A DNA stretch of 64,000 nt from Balamuthia mandrillaris (GCA_031835245.2 JAVKOQ020000026.1:186001-250000); one strand, 5' to 3'. Positions 23,753 to 39,138 are shown, counted from the stretch's first letter. The notes: generated by a model from the sequence alone, not told the origin. Numbers and translations: made by a program.

Positions 23753-25986
23753 ATGAAAGCGGTGAGCGCAACGGTAGGGCAAGGCCTCGGCAAGCCCTTT
23801 GCTCTGCTGCAAAAAATCTATGGGGAGGAGCTCGCGCGAGCCCCTACGTACAAGGCCGTCGGGCTGGACTCTCCGCCAGAGGTCGCCCCGCCCTTTCCCG
23901 ACCTGCCGACCGAACTCTGCTCCCAAATTTTCGCCCTGCTGGAGGCCAAAGACCTCCTTGCCTCCGCCCAACTGGTGAACAGGAGCTGGTTTCAATATTC
24001 TTCTTCGGACGCATTGTACCTTTGCTTCCTCCCTCTCTCTCATCTTTCTTAATTTTAATCCGAAAACAATTATTATAAAAGTTGGTCACAGTTGTGCTAC
24101 TCAAAATGGGGTGCCGTGCAGAAACCTTACTCGTTGACTTGGAAGGAGGCCCATCTGGACATGCTCTTGGAAGTCCACGGCCGAAGACCTTGTCGTAAAG
24201 AACAATGCGAACAGCATAAAAATTCAATCCCGTAAGTAGTACTACGTGCCTCCTCCTTTCACTGCTGCTCCTTGCCTGTTTTCGTTTTTTTTTGGTTTTT
24301 GGAAGTGTTGGTTTTGGGTTTCTTTTTTTTTCTTACCCGTTTGGTTCTGTGTCCAGACCCATGCCGCCCCCAGCATGCGGTTTGCGCGCCCCTCCCATTA
24401 TGAAGCCGCTACGACCGGAACCCAAGGCTGTCGACCTTGTGGACTACCAAAAGGCTCCTGTTGGTGGTTTTGTGGTACCATGATTGCTTGCTTGTGACTT
24501 CCTTTCTTCTTATTTGCTCTTCAGTCTTTTTTGCTCCCTTTTCTCCTGCTCCTTCCTGTCGCTTATCTTCTCTCGGCTTTATGCATGACACGTTTTCTCA
24601 TACGAAAGGTACACCCGGATAGTTCTAAGGACGTAACAGCAAGCTTTGAAGCCCCTTTCTACGATTTAAAAAGTTTAGATGGCGTGTTCATGACATACAG
24701 GGCAGTAATGTATAGACTAGACAGTGAAGAACAAACCCTAAGAGGCATCCATCGCTATTCCAAATTCATGCAACTCAAAGCCAAGCTCCCCAAAGGTACC
24801 ATGTTGGTCCCTACTAACGACATTGAAGCCGTTTGGCTCACCCACATGCTGCGACCAACTCAATACCACAACGAACTCGAACAGCTATTTGGTATTTCCT
24901 ATGTTCTTCCTTTTTCATTGTGGTTCTTTCTCTCATGCCCCTCATTATCATAAAAAACAAAACCCTCTTCTGAACACATAGGTTTGATGGATGTCGAGCA
25001 TAAAATCCTGCTCTCCGACTTTGAGCTTCACCACAAACAACTGGCTCTGGAAGATACAGCGCAACTCTGGCAGACAGCCTATGGAGAGGCCTACTGCAAT
25101 CTCGAGAATGACATTCATGAGGCTCCCCCTCGCCTTCAGCACAACTTTTGGTGCGGCCTCACAGTGGTGAACGAGTGGCAAAGCACATACAACTTTTACA
25201 ATCCCCCAGAAATAGCAATGATAGAACAACAAGAAAACTCTTCACCTATTTCTTCTCCTTTTAGCCAACTGATTCCAAGTGCGCGTCGCCCTGGCCTGAA
25301 GATAAAGAAATCGAATGCTTCAGAGGTTCCTGAAGGCTGGAAGAATCCCTTTGGGTTTGCTATTCCTCGCTCCGCTTTTGTATACTTTTTTTTCTTGCAC
25401 TGTTTGGATTGGTTGATCGTTGTCTGTTTCGTAGCCCTTCGCATTCTTTTGTTTTATTCTTTGTTGTTTGTTGGAAACGCCGTTAACCGATGTCGTAGTT
25501 TCAGTGTTGCAGATGTACAGTATATTGTCATGAATGACCACCCCTATTCTCTTCCGGATATCTCTACTGGCCTTAAAGCATATGAACGCTTCCTGTACCG
25601 TCTCTCTTTCGCCTCCTGTTTCCTTTCTGCTTTTCATTCTAAAGCCTCACTCTTCTCAACCATTCCGTTTTCAACCCAGCTTTCTTTGTGCAAAGTATCG
25701 CGAGAAGATCTTCCAGGAGGATGGAACGCCTGTCCCCTCCTTCTCCCCCGTTCCTGACATCATCTCCGCCCTCTGGCAGTTCCACATGTTGCACCCCACC
25801 GCCTACGCTCACGACTGTCGACGCTTGTTGGGCTTCCAGCTGAACTTTGGTCCCGCTGCTCTCTCCAAAAATCGACTCAGCGGCAAGGCGTCCGTTGTCG
25901 AGGAGCTCTACCTGCAAGAGTTTGGCGTGGACCTGCGGATGGAAGGAATGTATTCTAGGCATTCTGAATTATCACCTTACTTTTAA
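23753..25986 (+). CDS. F-box protein with two GRDP/DUF1399-like repeats
   Basis: F-box FPDLPTELCSQIFALLEAKDLLASAQLVNRSW. Motifs PTNDIEAVWLTHMLRPTQY and PVPDIISALWQFHMLHPTAYAHDC. Multiple introns. Confidence 0.7.
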
Positions 25987-26480
25987 ACCTTTGGCCTGGA
26001 GGTTAACCCTCTCTCTTTACATCGTTTTACTTTTGTTATTCTTCTTTTTATGAGTTTAAAAAAAAAAACTAGAACTTGCCCTTGTGGCCAAAGGTTAAGC
26101 TTTTTTAAGATGGGGTAGACCAGTTACCGGAGCTCATACAAAGGCAAGAACAGCTTGGTTGTGAATACTTCCCGACACCCGCAAATCCCTTTCTTCAAGG
26201 GCTTGTCATACCAGCCCTCTTTCATCTTATGGGATTTTTTTGCCAACATAGGATAATTCACGATAATCCGGTTAAAATTAAATTATTGCGATGTTTTAAA
26301 ATAGTTTTGGAGGACTATAACCTTATTTGGTCTGAAATTCGAAAAAGAAGAACAGAACAAAAAAAAAAGGTAGTGATGAGAGTCTCTTCGGCTGTGGGTG
26401 CTGATCGTTTCGTTTTTTCGACCTTTCGTCCGCAACGAACATGGAGTCCCTGGTCCATCCACGCCATGCATGCCAAGACG

Positions 26481-27395
26481 ATGACCATGTTTCTTCTCTT
26501 TTTCTTCTGCCTCGTCACACTGCTCTTCTTCCCAACAGCAACTGCTGCAGCGTTGTTGGTACTACTTTTTTTTCCGTTCATCACCATTCTCTTCTCTTCG
26601 TCGTTCTCTGCTTCGTTCTCTTCGCTTCATCGTTCTCTTCTCTTCTCTTCTCTTCATAGTTCTCTTTATCGTCGTTCTATTCATCATTCTCTTCGTTCTC
26701 TGCTTCGTTCTCCTCTCTTTGTCGTTCTCCTCTCTTTGTCGTTCTCTTCATCGTTCTCTTCTCTTCATCGTTTTCTTGTCTTCCCTCTACTACTCTTTGA
26801 TTCTAATCACACTTTTTAAACATAAAGGGTGAAGAAAAACAGTTGCCACAGTCTTTGGTTGTTCAACTGGACGAATGGGGAGCTGACTCTTTTCGCGTTC
26901 GCATCACACCCAATGCTCAGGTGGAAGATCCTCCCATTCAAGCCCTGCTGCTCTCTTCTTCTTATGCTTCCTCAGCTTCTCATCGCTTTGTTGTGGTTCC
27001 GACCCAACAACAACAACAAAGCACGACCAATACCACAAACGGCAACCTGATCGCCTCGTTGGACTCTTCCACAGGCCTTCTTACCTTCGTCCGAAAGTCT
27101 GACGGTCGCGTTTTGCTTCGTACGCTTTCTCAGCATTTCTCTTCACATTGGAATGAGAAACAGCCGAAAGAGAAGAACACTTTTTCTTCTTCGTCGTCGT
27201 CTGCGTTGTTGGGTGCGGCTGTTAGCTTTGCGGCAAATGAGAAAGAGCAAGTCTATGGCCTTGGAGAGCATCGTACTGGCAGACTGCAGAACAAACCCAT
27301 TTTCATAAGCTTTCAACAGAGTCAAGTGTGTCTTTCTCTCCTTCTCGTCTCTTGCTGTTCCTCTCCCTCTCTCCCTCTCCCTCTCACTCACTCAC

Positions 27396-27434
<39 letters not shown>

Positions 27435-29601
27435 CTTTTTTGTATCAAGAACAACACTAAAACTTTAAATCTTGTTAGTTATATACACTGTCAAGAGGAG
27501 CAGATATAAGTATTCCTTTTTATCAATCTTCTCTTGGCTATGGTTTCCTTTGGAATTTGCCTTCTTTTGGGTATACCCACTTTCTTCTTGTTCTTCGTCG
27601 TTTTGCTCTGCTTTTTACTTTCATCTTCTTTCATGGTTAATCATACTGCCATGAACAAATTCAAGGTATGTAAATATAAGCGAAGAGCACACCACATGGT
27701 ACTCCAATAGCACCTTCCAGATTGACTATTGGATAACTACCACACCTGATTCTGTTGCCCCATCTTCTCCTCCCTATCCTTATCTATTGCAGCGTTACGT
27801 TCATGCTACTGGTATCAATGCTTCAGTTTTAATTATTATTTCTTTACTCTTTCTTCCCGTTATTTGACGACCAATTTCTTATCCTCTGTTTCAAAGGCCA
27901 TCCTCCTTCCTTTCCATCCTTTGCAAGTGGTTTTTGGCAAAGCAAAAACAGATACCGCAACCAGACGGAACTGCTGTCCATCGGCGCTGGATATCTCAAG
28001 CTCAACTTACCAGTTTCCGTGCTTGTCATTGACTACTACCATTGGAAGAACTACGGAGACTGGTCCTTTGACCATTCTTGTTGGCCCGATCCTTCTTATA
28101 TGACGCAGACGCTTCACGATGTCTATAACATCGATCAAGTGATGGTCTCCGTTTGGCCGGTGGTTAGCAACCAGAGTCATAACTTTGAGGTGATGAAGGA
28201 ACGTGGTTTCCTGGTGAAGAATGCCGAAGGAGAGGCATGGCCTTGTTATGCCGGTAGCAATTATGTTTACGATCCCTTTCATCCTGATGCGCGTGCTTTT
28301 GTGTTTCAGCAGCTGAAGAGCGGATACTACGATCATGGAATTAAGGTTACACCCTTGTTTTTTGCTCTCTGTTTGTTTGAACTTATATGAGAAAATAGGT
28401 TTATTGGTTGGATGCAGATGAGCCAGAACGAAAACTGCCGGATCAAAGTGGCGAGTATTACTACCACATGGGACGTGACTTGCAAATAGGGATGGCCTTC
28501 CCACGAGTCCACCAGCAAATGGTGCATGATGGCTTGACCTCCTTACATGAAACAGATTTCATCATGTTGAGTAGAAGTGCATGGGCAGGTACCCGTCTTT
28601 TTCGTTTTTTTTTTTCTTATGCGCTTTTGTATTTTCTGTTTGTCATTCCTTTCTTGCTTTTCTGGTTTTCTTTCTCCGCTCTTTCCATCCCAACAGGAAC
28701 ACAACGACTGGCAGCAGCTGTCTGGAGTGGAGACATTCCATCCACATTTGAAGAATTGAATATCCAGGTGAGAGTAGCTCAGAACATGGCAATGAGCGGC
28801 ATCTACTGGTGGACAACCGACATCGGGGGTTATGTGAATGGCAACATTAATGATCCCCTCTTTAGAGTATGTCTTGCTTTTGTTCATTTCTGTTGATTCT
28901 TTGCATACGTTTAGTACAAAGATTTGAGGAACCTAACAAATTGTTCAATGATACCAAACTGTTAGGAATTGGTCGTGCGTTGGTTCCAATTTGGAGCGTT
29001 TTGTCCGCTGTTCCGATTGCATGGCAAACGCAGTCCCATCCAAAACGTTACTTCTTGCGGGCCAACTGGAGCACCAAATGAGATATGGCATTTCGGAGAA
29101 CCTGCTCTCTCCATTATTTCTGACCTCATCCATCTTCGCGAGAAGTTACGACCTTATATCATGAAACAGGTTATATTCTTTTTGTCTTTCTGTCTTTCGG
29201 TCTTCTCTGCTTTTCTTTTTCTGATATAGTGCCAACAAACAAAAGATGAGTATAGCTTCTCTTAATGGAGCTCCTCTACTGCGACCGATGGTTTATGCGT
29301 GTGCAGAAGTGGAGTGCCAACAAGCAGAAGACCAGTTTATGTTTGGACCGGATTGGTTGGTCGCTCCTGTGATGCAGCCTTATGCGTCTTCTAAAGCAAG
29401 GAGTGTTTATCTTCCGTCTTCTGAAAATTGGGTTCATTATTTCACTGGAAAGACCTACACAGGAGGACAAACTGTCACTATGTACGACCTAACCTCTTTT
29501 TTCACTTTACCCCTGTCTCTCTTTTCCTGACCCACTTGTTTGCCAGTGAAACACCATTGCACAGCTTTCCTCTCTTTTTCCGACAACAGCGCCACAATTA
29601 A
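26481..29601 (+). CDS. Secreted GH31 glycoside hydrolase (alpha-xylosidase-like)
   Basis: Signal peptide, YGLGEH, GFWQSKNRY, VIDYYHW..GDW, WLDADEPE (nucleophile), VWSGDI, WWTTDIGG, RWFQFGAFCPLFRLHG, QFMFGPDWLVAPV. Confidence 0.92.
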
Positions 29602-29874
29602 ACTCTTTTCTTCCTTTATTCTGTTTACTTTCTCACTTTGGGTTCTTCTTAATCGGAAAGACTCGTTCTTCTTTATCTAACTACAGCCGCAAAAGGTAAC
29701 TTTTCCATTATGGTGTTTTGTTGTAAAGGAAGAAAATCATATTAAAACTTGCTCGTTAATTATTGTTAATTCAGAAAAAAGAATGAGGCAACCGTTTGCC
29801 GGTAAAAGTTGACCATGATGCCGGTTATTTTAACATAACCTCCGTAGAAAACAAAGAGTAAACAAACGAACACA

Positions 29875-30514
29875 ATGTGGCGCTACTTCTCCTTCTTTAC
29901 CAGCCTTCTTCTTATCTTTACCTCATTCTCTGGTTCGTAGTGTTTTTCTTTTCTTTCTTCCTTTCGTTCTTATCGTTTTCTTCTTCGCCAGCTGCTCAAA
30001 GATGTGTTATGTTGGAAGAGTCCATGCACAACCAAATCGATCCCAAGTGTTTGCCTCTTCTTCTGGACCAAAACCAACCTATCTACATACCCGCCAACCA
30101 AACGTTGGCCGATCTCACCGAACAAGCCTCTGCCTCTACTATTTTTTTAGGAGTTTGGGTGCCGCCTGCCTGTCGTGACGCTGCTCTTTTGTTGGCGTGT
30201 CATTACTCGTATAAGATCTGTAACGGCTCTTCCGGTGTGTATTCTTTCTTCTTCCTTGCTTCTTCTTTCTCCCTTATGTGTGCGTAACTTACTGTTTCTT
30301 AACTTGCCTTCATCAGCGGTTTCTCCGTGTTTGTCTCTTTGTAACTCTATGTCAGCTGAGTGCACGGAGTACTTCGAGTCCGTTGGAAGGGCCAACATGA
30401 TCCCACCCTGCACTACTTTCTTATTTCCAAATTCTTCCTGTAACCCAGGAAGCACTGCTAGTAAGCTCTCATTCTTGTCTTTATTTCCTAATCTAACTTC
30501 TTCTCTCGCTCTCG

Positions 30515-30547
<33 letters not shown>

Positions 30548-32535
30548 CTTATTGCTTCTCGTTTCTTTCCCCAAAAAAACAGAGGTGGGTTACAGCCAAG
30601 CAGACTGTCCCTATCCAACCGTCTACAATCCAGATATTACCGACGATATCTGTGCCCTTCCCTGTCCAGGCACCATCTACACTGAGGAACAATGGGACAC
30701 CCTTTATTCTGTCATGACTCTCTTTGGTGCCATATCTTTGGTCGCCTCCACCTTCTACGTCGTGACGAGCTTCTTGAATCCTGATACGAGACGATTTCCT
30801 GTCAACGTTTTGAACTTCTTAACTCTTTCGACCATTCCGGTTTCATTGGGACTTGTCTTTGGAGTATTTGCTGGAGGATCAGAGAACATAATTTGTTCAG
30901 ACAAGGGGGAGTATCAAGGAGTCGGGCGAGGAGATGCTGGTGGTCTTGCTTGCGTTCTTCAAGGTGCGTCTATTGATGCTAAATGTTTTACTTTTGTCTT
31001 GTCTATGTTTTATTTTCTTTTTTCTAAAGTGAGATTTTATATAGGAATTTTGTTGGTATGCGGAGGATTATGTGTTGCTTGTTGGTGGACCATCGCAGCT
31101 TTCAACGTACCTGTTCTTTTCCTTCTTGTTTCTTTTATTCTTCTGCTTCTTCTGCTTCCTCCTCATCCTCCTCTTCCTGTTCTTTTTCTTCTATGTTTGT
31201 CCTTCTTACTAAATCGCTTTTCTTCAGTTGGTCATGTTGATTGTTGTTCAAGTATCTCGTGATAAGCTCCACAAATTTGAAAAATGGTAACTTGTTCACC
31301 TCATTTTTCTATCGTTCTTTTGCTGCTTATTCTATTCTGCAGTCCTAACGTTCATTAAAAAACAGGTATCACATCATAGGGTGGACACTACCAGTACTGC
31401 TTACCATCATTCCTTTGGCCGCAAAGAAGATACAAGCCTCTCCTACCGTTTCGTGGTGCTTCATTTATGATGAAGATACTGATTGGTGGATTTATGGCAA
31501 CTTTTATATTTTATGTATGCACTTTTTTCTCTTGTATGTAGTGTTTTTATTTCCTATTTTAACGAGCCACGTTGTTCCCTCCCCTTCTCTCTCTCTCTCA
31601 TTAGTTATTGGAAGCTGGTTGTTTGGGTCGCTGCTTATCTTGGGTGTGGTCATTACCATTCTTCGGGTAACTTTTTGTTGCATTTATATTCTTCATTTCA
31701 GGTGTTAACAAACATCGCCATCAATAACAGAGAAGTTATCAGTTTGACAAGAAGGGCAACTTGCCTTTTAGGGTGGTCATCCGTTTGTTGGTGATGATGT
31801 GTCTCTTTTGGGGTCTGACCGCCTTTCAGATTGCCTATCGCTTCTACGGCTCTGCTATCAAAGACGACGTTACCGAAGCTCTTGAAGAACAGGTTTGCTA
31901 TTATCTTTTCCTCCTCTTTCTTTTGCTTAACTTTTCTTGTAAAATCAATATTGACTTGAACAATACAGGTCGTATGCAGCGCGAGCACAGGAACGGAATG
32001 TGAGTTAAAGGAGAAACCCAACTTTGGGTTTCTCCTTTGGACTGTATTAGTGATGACCAACTTGGGAGCATTCGCCTTTCTGACGATCGGTTGCACCAAA
32101 ACCACGTTTAACTTTTGGCGAGGACTCATAAAGGATTTGTGGAGGGCGAAAGGCCGCGGCAATAAGATTCAGGTTTGGAGAAATTACACCATCACGAGAG
32201 ATCGTGCTCGTTCACGCTCCGCGTTTAACAGCAATGAGACAAGTACGTTCTTTGTTGTTGTTGTTGTTGTTGCTTTTTTTTACATTCTCTTTCTTGTAGT
32301 TTCTTACAACACTTTGAATTTGCTGCTGTCTCTTTTAAAAGGGTCTCGCACACCAAGCGGATATAACATGGGGGACAGCCCAAGGCAGCACCTGGAGCAA
32401 ATGGGGCTGACGGAGATGTACGCGGGACCGGACTCGGCTGCACCTCTATCCCAGCCGGAGGATGAGGTGGACAGCTCCATCGAGGAAGGAAAGAACTCGC
32501 ATTCCCCTTCGGACTCTGCCAGCTCAGAGGATTGA
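29875..32535 (+). CDS. Frizzled/Smoothened-like 7TM receptor with cysteine-rich domain (Dictyostelium Fsl-like)
   Basis: Signal peptide, CRD-like C..AALLLAC.YSY..C..PC.SLC......C, CPYP..CALPCP, TM1 then RRFP, YHIIGWTLP, WCFI, seven hydrophobic segments. Confidence 0.8.
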
Positions 32536-32877
32536 GTGGTTTTTCTTTTTTCTTTAACTCATTTGTACAGGCCCTTGCATAGCATTTCTTTTCTATCCCT
32601 AAACCAAACCTAAAATTTAAAAACTTTATTCCAAGAAAATATTCGTGTCGACAAATTTGGTTTGATCTTAATTTGTTAAACAAACATAGATATACACACG
32701 TCATCACAGATTCTCGCCACCTTTTGTCGACTTCTTCTCGGGACGACACGTTGAAATATCTCTCGTGAAAAAAAGAAAGAAAGAAACAAGCAGACTACTC
32801 TCATTCTCTTCTCCCTTTTTTTTTTTTCAACAAATCGTCTCCTCTCCTTCTTGCTTCACAAACCAAGCTGAACAAAA

Positions 32878-34110
<1,233 letters not shown>

Positions 34111-34137
34111 GCTTTTCTCCTCAAAGACTCATTCGTT

Positions 34138-34183
<46 letters not shown>

Positions 34184-34330
34184 AGTCTGATGGACCGTAA
34201 CGCGTTGTGAACCCGGACGCCCTCCTCTCTTTACTGTTGGTGAGCGACGTTCCCTTTCTCGCCTCGCCTAAAAGGTGTGGCAACGAACAGTAAGGGCAAA
34301 AGAAAAGAAAAAGGTGCGCACCCCTTGAAG

Positions 34331-35350
34331 ATGATGAGCACCGAGGAAGAAGACAGCGCCTTGCCTCCCGCCGAGCAAGTTCTCGGCGACTCGTCCCTGC
34401 TGTCGCTGATCTTCTCCTTCCTGCCCTCCGCCCCGCGGAGCGTGTTTCGGATGGGCCTCGTCTGCCGCGCCTGGCGAGCGGTCGTCCAGCAGGACCCGAG
34501 CTCCTGGTTTCGCCCTGGCGACCAAGAGAGCAAACCAGACTTTCGCTCGACCTCCTCCTGCCCACCAAAGGCCAAGCGTGCCCTCAAGGCCTTGTTCCTA
34601 AAGGACGGCAAGGAGGAGGGCGGTGACCGCCTCAGCAGCAAACAGATCGTTCAGAGCTTTTGGCCGCACCACCGCCTGTTTTATGCCTATTATTTGGGGT
34701 TTCAATGGGTGAACGACTACCACATGGCGGTGGTGGACAGGAGAACGGGAAGGGCGAGCGCTTTGCGGTTGTCGGACGATGGCACGGCCTTTCTTGCTTC
34801 CACCAGCCACATCTTGCGAAGTTTTCTGCGCGGGTCCGAGGGCGACAGCACGGCAGAATGGTTCGAGCTGACGGAGCTGAAAACGGTTCTTCTCGACTTG
34901 CACCGCCACGGCTTGCTTCTTCGCCTCGGCCCCTGTTCCACCATCCCCAAGGACAAAGCAGGAGGAACGCAAGACCAAAACCTGGAGCTGGTGTTCAACC
35001 TGATGAAGGTGCTGCTTCTCCTGTGTCACCCAGCCGACAATGCGAGGCTGCCGGAGCCGCTGATTGCTTACAAGGCGCTGCCCGATGGCAAGCTTCTCCA
35101 CGGCGTGCAGTCCCCCAACGAGCTGGACTCCCTGCTGGGCGCCCGCGTGGAACCCGCCTCCCCATCGTCGCTTCGCCTCGATGCAGAGTGTTGCATGCAG
35201 GTAGAGTACGGGACGGAATATCACAGCATGGGCGGCCATGACACGCGGCTGTACCACTGCCGGCTCGTTCTGGACGGGAAGAACGACGACTTCCGCTTCA
35301 CCGCCAACCTTGTCCAACGAAGAAGAAAACAAGGCCTCGCCCTCTCTTGA
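34331..35350 (+). CDS. Hypothetical protein with N-terminal F-box-like motif, intronless
   Basis: VLGDSSLLSLIFSFLP....GLVCRAWRAV. Long GC-rich ORF. Confidence 0.65.
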   Translation: MMSTEEEDSALPPAEQVLGDSSLLSLIFSFLPSAPRSVFRMGLVCRAWRAVVQQDPSSWFRPGDQESKPDFRSTSSCPPKAKRALKALFLKDGKEEGGDRLSSKQIVQSFWPHHRLFYAYYLGFQWVNDYHMAVVDRRTGRASALRLSDDGTAFLASTSHILRSFLRGSEGDSTAEWFELTELKTVLLDLHRHGLLLRLGPCSTIPKDKAGGTQDQNLELVFNLMKVLLLLCHPADNARLPEPLIAYKALPDGKLLHGVQSPNELDSLLGARVEPASPSSLRLDAECCMQVEYGTEYHSMGGHDTRLYHCRLVLDGKNDDFRFTANLVQRRRKQGLALS

Positions 35351-35445
35351 AGGGGTCCGTCGGGCCACCTTCCCTTTGGCCAAAGAGATGATCTTTTCTA
35401 CACCAAAAATATCGTTTTTTGTTTTTGTTTTGTCTCTTCTGGTTA

Positions 35446-35926
35446 TTAAGCATAGTACTGGAGGCTCTTCTTCTTCTTGGCCACGACTTGGTTGATGCCC
35501 TCCATAAAGTCCTCGTGCTGCAGCTCGGTGGCCTCCCTTCGGAGGGCCAGCATGCCGGCCTCCACGCAGACAGCCTTGAGCTGCGCGCCGTTAAAGTCAT
35601 CCGTGCAACGGGCCAACTCCTCAAAGTTGACCTCCGGGCTGACGTTCATCTTTCGGGAGTGGATGCGGAGGATCTTTTGACGGGCCTCCTCGTCCGGCAG
35701 AGGGAACTCAATCTTACGGTCCAGACGACCGGAGCGGAGCAACGCTGGGTCGAGAATGTCAATTCGGTTCGTTGCTGCTATCACTGTTTTGTTTTGTTTT
35801 GTTTTGTTTTGTTTTGTTTTGTTTTGTTTTGTTTTGTTTTGTTTTGTTTTGTTTTGTTTTGTTTTGTTTTGTTTTGTTTTGTTTGGTGTTGTGAGCAAAA
35901 GAAAGAACCAAAAGAAAAAAAGGAGA

Positions 35927-35957
<31 letters not shown>

Positions 35958-36961
35958 GAGAAGTATGGAGGAAGAGAAACCTTTGATGCTTGTATCACTG
36001 CTAAAACCATCCAACTGGTTCAACAATTCCAACATGGTCCTCTGCACCTCTCTGTCTCCAGACTTCTCGCTGTCAAAGCGTTTTGTGCCAATGGCATCCA
36101 ACTCGTCGATAAAGATGATAGCGGGAGACTTCTCCTTGGCCAACGCAAACGCATCACGAACCAGCTTGGCGCCATCACCAATGAACATCTGGACCAGCTG
36201 AGGACCGGCCAGCTTCAAGAAAGTGGACTTTGTCTGAGCGGCGCAAGCTCGGGCCATCAAGGTCTTGCCGGTGCCTGGAGGGCCGTAGAGCAACACTCCC
36301 TTGGGGGGTTGAATGCCGATGGTATCAAAGCGGTCCTTTTGGGCGATGGGCAGGACTACCGCCTCCACCAGCTCTTGGATTTGTTTTTCTAGACCGCCAA
36401 CGTCGTTGTATTCTTCGGTAGGACGTTCGTCGACTTCCATAGCTTTGACTCGTGCGTCATATCTGATTGTGTTAAAAGTTGATCAACGGAAGAAAGCAAG
36501 ACTAGAAGGTGAGAAAGGAAACATACTCTGGAGGCAATGTGTCGAGAACGAGATAACTGTCTTTGTTGACACCAATAAGATCTCCAGGAGTCAATTTGGT
36601 GTGATCTACCAGTCCTATCACTGGCAAAAAAATGGTCTGAGTGGAAGTGAGTGTTAGTAAGATAAAAGCAAGTATTTTGCAAAGAGAGAACGAGAAGAGA
36701 AAAGAGAAGAGAAGAGAGAGGGCACAATGGAAGAGAAGAGAGAAGAGAGGAAGAGAAACAAAAGAACAGTGAAGTGAAGAATATGCATACCTTTCTGTCA
36801 GATGTTTTAATCACAGCACACTTGTCAGTGTGGGCATCAGCCTCCATGCTGCTGCCGTCTTCAGTGACTTCAGGCTCCGCATCAATCAACTTGACTCGTC
36901 AGAAAAAAGAAGTGAGTGAATGAAGAATACTGATTTTTTCAGATCTACAAACGAAAGAGAG

Positions 36962-37015
<54 letters not shown>

Positions 37016-37309
37016 CTGTACCTCTACAACGTTGGCTACAAGGTAAGGCAGTTGCTTGTTCAGTTTGATCTTCTCTTTGTTTTCGTTCACTTTTTCCTTC
37101 AACGCGGTTTGTTCATGGTGCAGGCGGTTGATCTCGTGCCTCATGATCTGAATCTCCCTGTCCAGCCCCCTCGTCCTGGCCGCGATCTCCTCCACAGGGG
37201 CGTTCAACACGTCCTCTGGCAGCTCCACGCTCTCCTCCTCCTCCATCGCCTCCTCCAGCGTCTTGGGCTTACCCTGTTCTTTGGGGGGTGCTGCTGTCGT
37301 TGTGGCCAT
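35446..37309 (-). CDS. RPT5: 26S proteasome regulatory ATPase subunit 6A
   Basis: [73 protein letters not shown], HbYX tail LQYYA*. Confidence 0.97.
35786..35884 (+). repeat. Intronic (GTTTT)n pentamer microsatellite
   Basis: Directly visible in an RPT5 intron. Confidence 0.92.
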
Positions 37310-37658
37310 TGCTGCTACGTTTTCTCTACTTTTTTTTTTTTGTTAATCTTTTTTGGGGGAGGAAAAAAAAATAATTTTTTTTGGACTCGAGTCGCTCTGC
37401 CGCCTCCTTTGGTTTGTGAGTTTTTTTTTTTTGCCAACAAATCCTCACGCTGACTTTTTTGTCGACTTTAAGGGAATTTTCGATAATCATGCCGACGTGA
37501 AAAACTTCCGCATCCACAAAATGATCATTCTTTGGCAACAAAACTCATTTGCTCGCCCTTGGCAGAGGAAGGAAAAGACTTCCTGGCAGCCAGAAGGAGG
37601 AGGGAGGATACGGAAAGAAGGAGCAAAAAAATAGGGTTCGTTCTTTTGAATCTCGCGG

Positions 37659-38836
37659 TTAATAATTGACATACTTTTCTCTGACCCTACCACTCAAAAA
37701 CTTATCCACCTCGGTGAAGTTCTTGCACGCTCCCGAGCCCTTCAATCCTCCTCGTTCCTCCGCGCAGGGCACCTCCTTGCGCGTTTGGGCAAGCGCCTGC
37801 AACCGCTGCTGCATCCTCTCTCGCCCAAAGCGCTCCACCCGCTGGTCCAACTTGGCCATCGCCGCCTCATACAACCGAATGTCCAACTCCAAGAACTCGC
37901 GCAGCTTCTCCTTCACATCCGACGCCAAGCTCTCCACCTTGGGTCTTCCTTGCACCACCCCATAGTTGCTGTAGTTCCTGACCACCTCCGGGCTGATCAC
38001 TCCATCCGCTTCCAACAGTATGAGGGACTCGTCGAAGCGCTCCGCTACCACCACCATCTCGAAGGTGTCCAACACCGCCAGTAGGCGCTGGAATTGCCGC
38101 TCCGTGTGTAACGTGCGAAGGGTTCTCATGCCGCGATGTCCCTTGCGAACAAAGGCCTCAATGTCGTTGCCCCACTTGACGTTGGCCACGCGCAACTGCT
38201 TGTAGTAGAAGCGAGACATGAAGCGGTCCAGCGGGTCCCGTTGGGAGAAGAGCCAGTAGCACAGCTCCTTCTTGAACTTCTTCTCAGCGGTGCGGTTGAA
38301 CTCCAACATGGGCAAGAGCTTGTCGATCTCCACGTGGCCGCTGAGGAAGTCAGCCTTCACGCGCAAGCCACCCTTCAGCTCCTGAGAGAAGGTCTTGTTC
38401 CAAAGCTTGGTCGTGCCCTCCAAGATATGGTTCAGAGTGGTTCCTCCTGTCTTTTGCAGATGCCAGAAGAGCAAACAACGGTCCAAAGGCTTTGGCGGGG
38501 GTTCGTATGGCTGTTGCGGAAGATCTTTGTAACCTAAAGAGTGCCGCCGACGCCATGAAGCCAAGGAAGCAGAAGCGTTTGAGGAGAAGGCGGTGACGGG
38601 AGAGGAGGATAGGGAGAACGTCGACGAAGAGGTGAGAGAAGAAGGGAAGAGGAGGTAAGACAGCAGCCACAGGAAGTAGACCGAGAAGGCCGCGATAAAG
38701 CTTTGGTGAGGAGAGAGTAGAATTGTTGAAAAACAACAATGGTTTAGAGCACCGGTCGAAAGAAAAAAAAATGCTGGTTAACGCACCAAAAGTAGCCACA
38801 GTTCCTGAGCATGGCGGGAGAATACTCTTTTCCCAT
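37659..38836 (-). CDS. Type II membrane Golgi-type sulfotransferase (Gal-3-O-ST/Sulfotransfer_2-like), copy 1
   Basis: 5'-PSB FWHLQKTGGTTL, 3'-PB RDPLDRFMSRFYY, ERFDESLILL, LDIRLY. A short 5' exon plus one intron gives the TM anchor CFIAAFSVYFLWLLSYLLF. Confidence 0.85.
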
Positions 38837-39138
38837 GGTCGTGTAAGCGTCGTTCAAAAAACGAAAATAAAAATAATAACAAAACGACGGTCGTTTTGAA
38901 GCAACAACACAAACAAACGTGGGTAACAGACAAGGCCACTTCACCAAAAAAATCCTTAGCAGCACTGCCTGCCACCTTGGGTGTGTTTGAATTCTCTGCT
39001 TTAGTTACCTGGCTTGGAGCAAACAAAAGGCCATTATGTCAACAACAACAGACAACCACTATAATGCATTCCAGTAAATATGGGTATGTAATTAATTAAT
39101 TACCGGGATCGTTGGCCCACAACCGGTAGTCTCGTGCA

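Noticed and set aside
26078..26106. tRNA-like 5' half (GCCCTTGTGGCCAAAGGTTAAGC) followed by a T-run
   Set aside because: No anticodon arm, T-loop (GTTCRA) or complementary acceptor stem follows.
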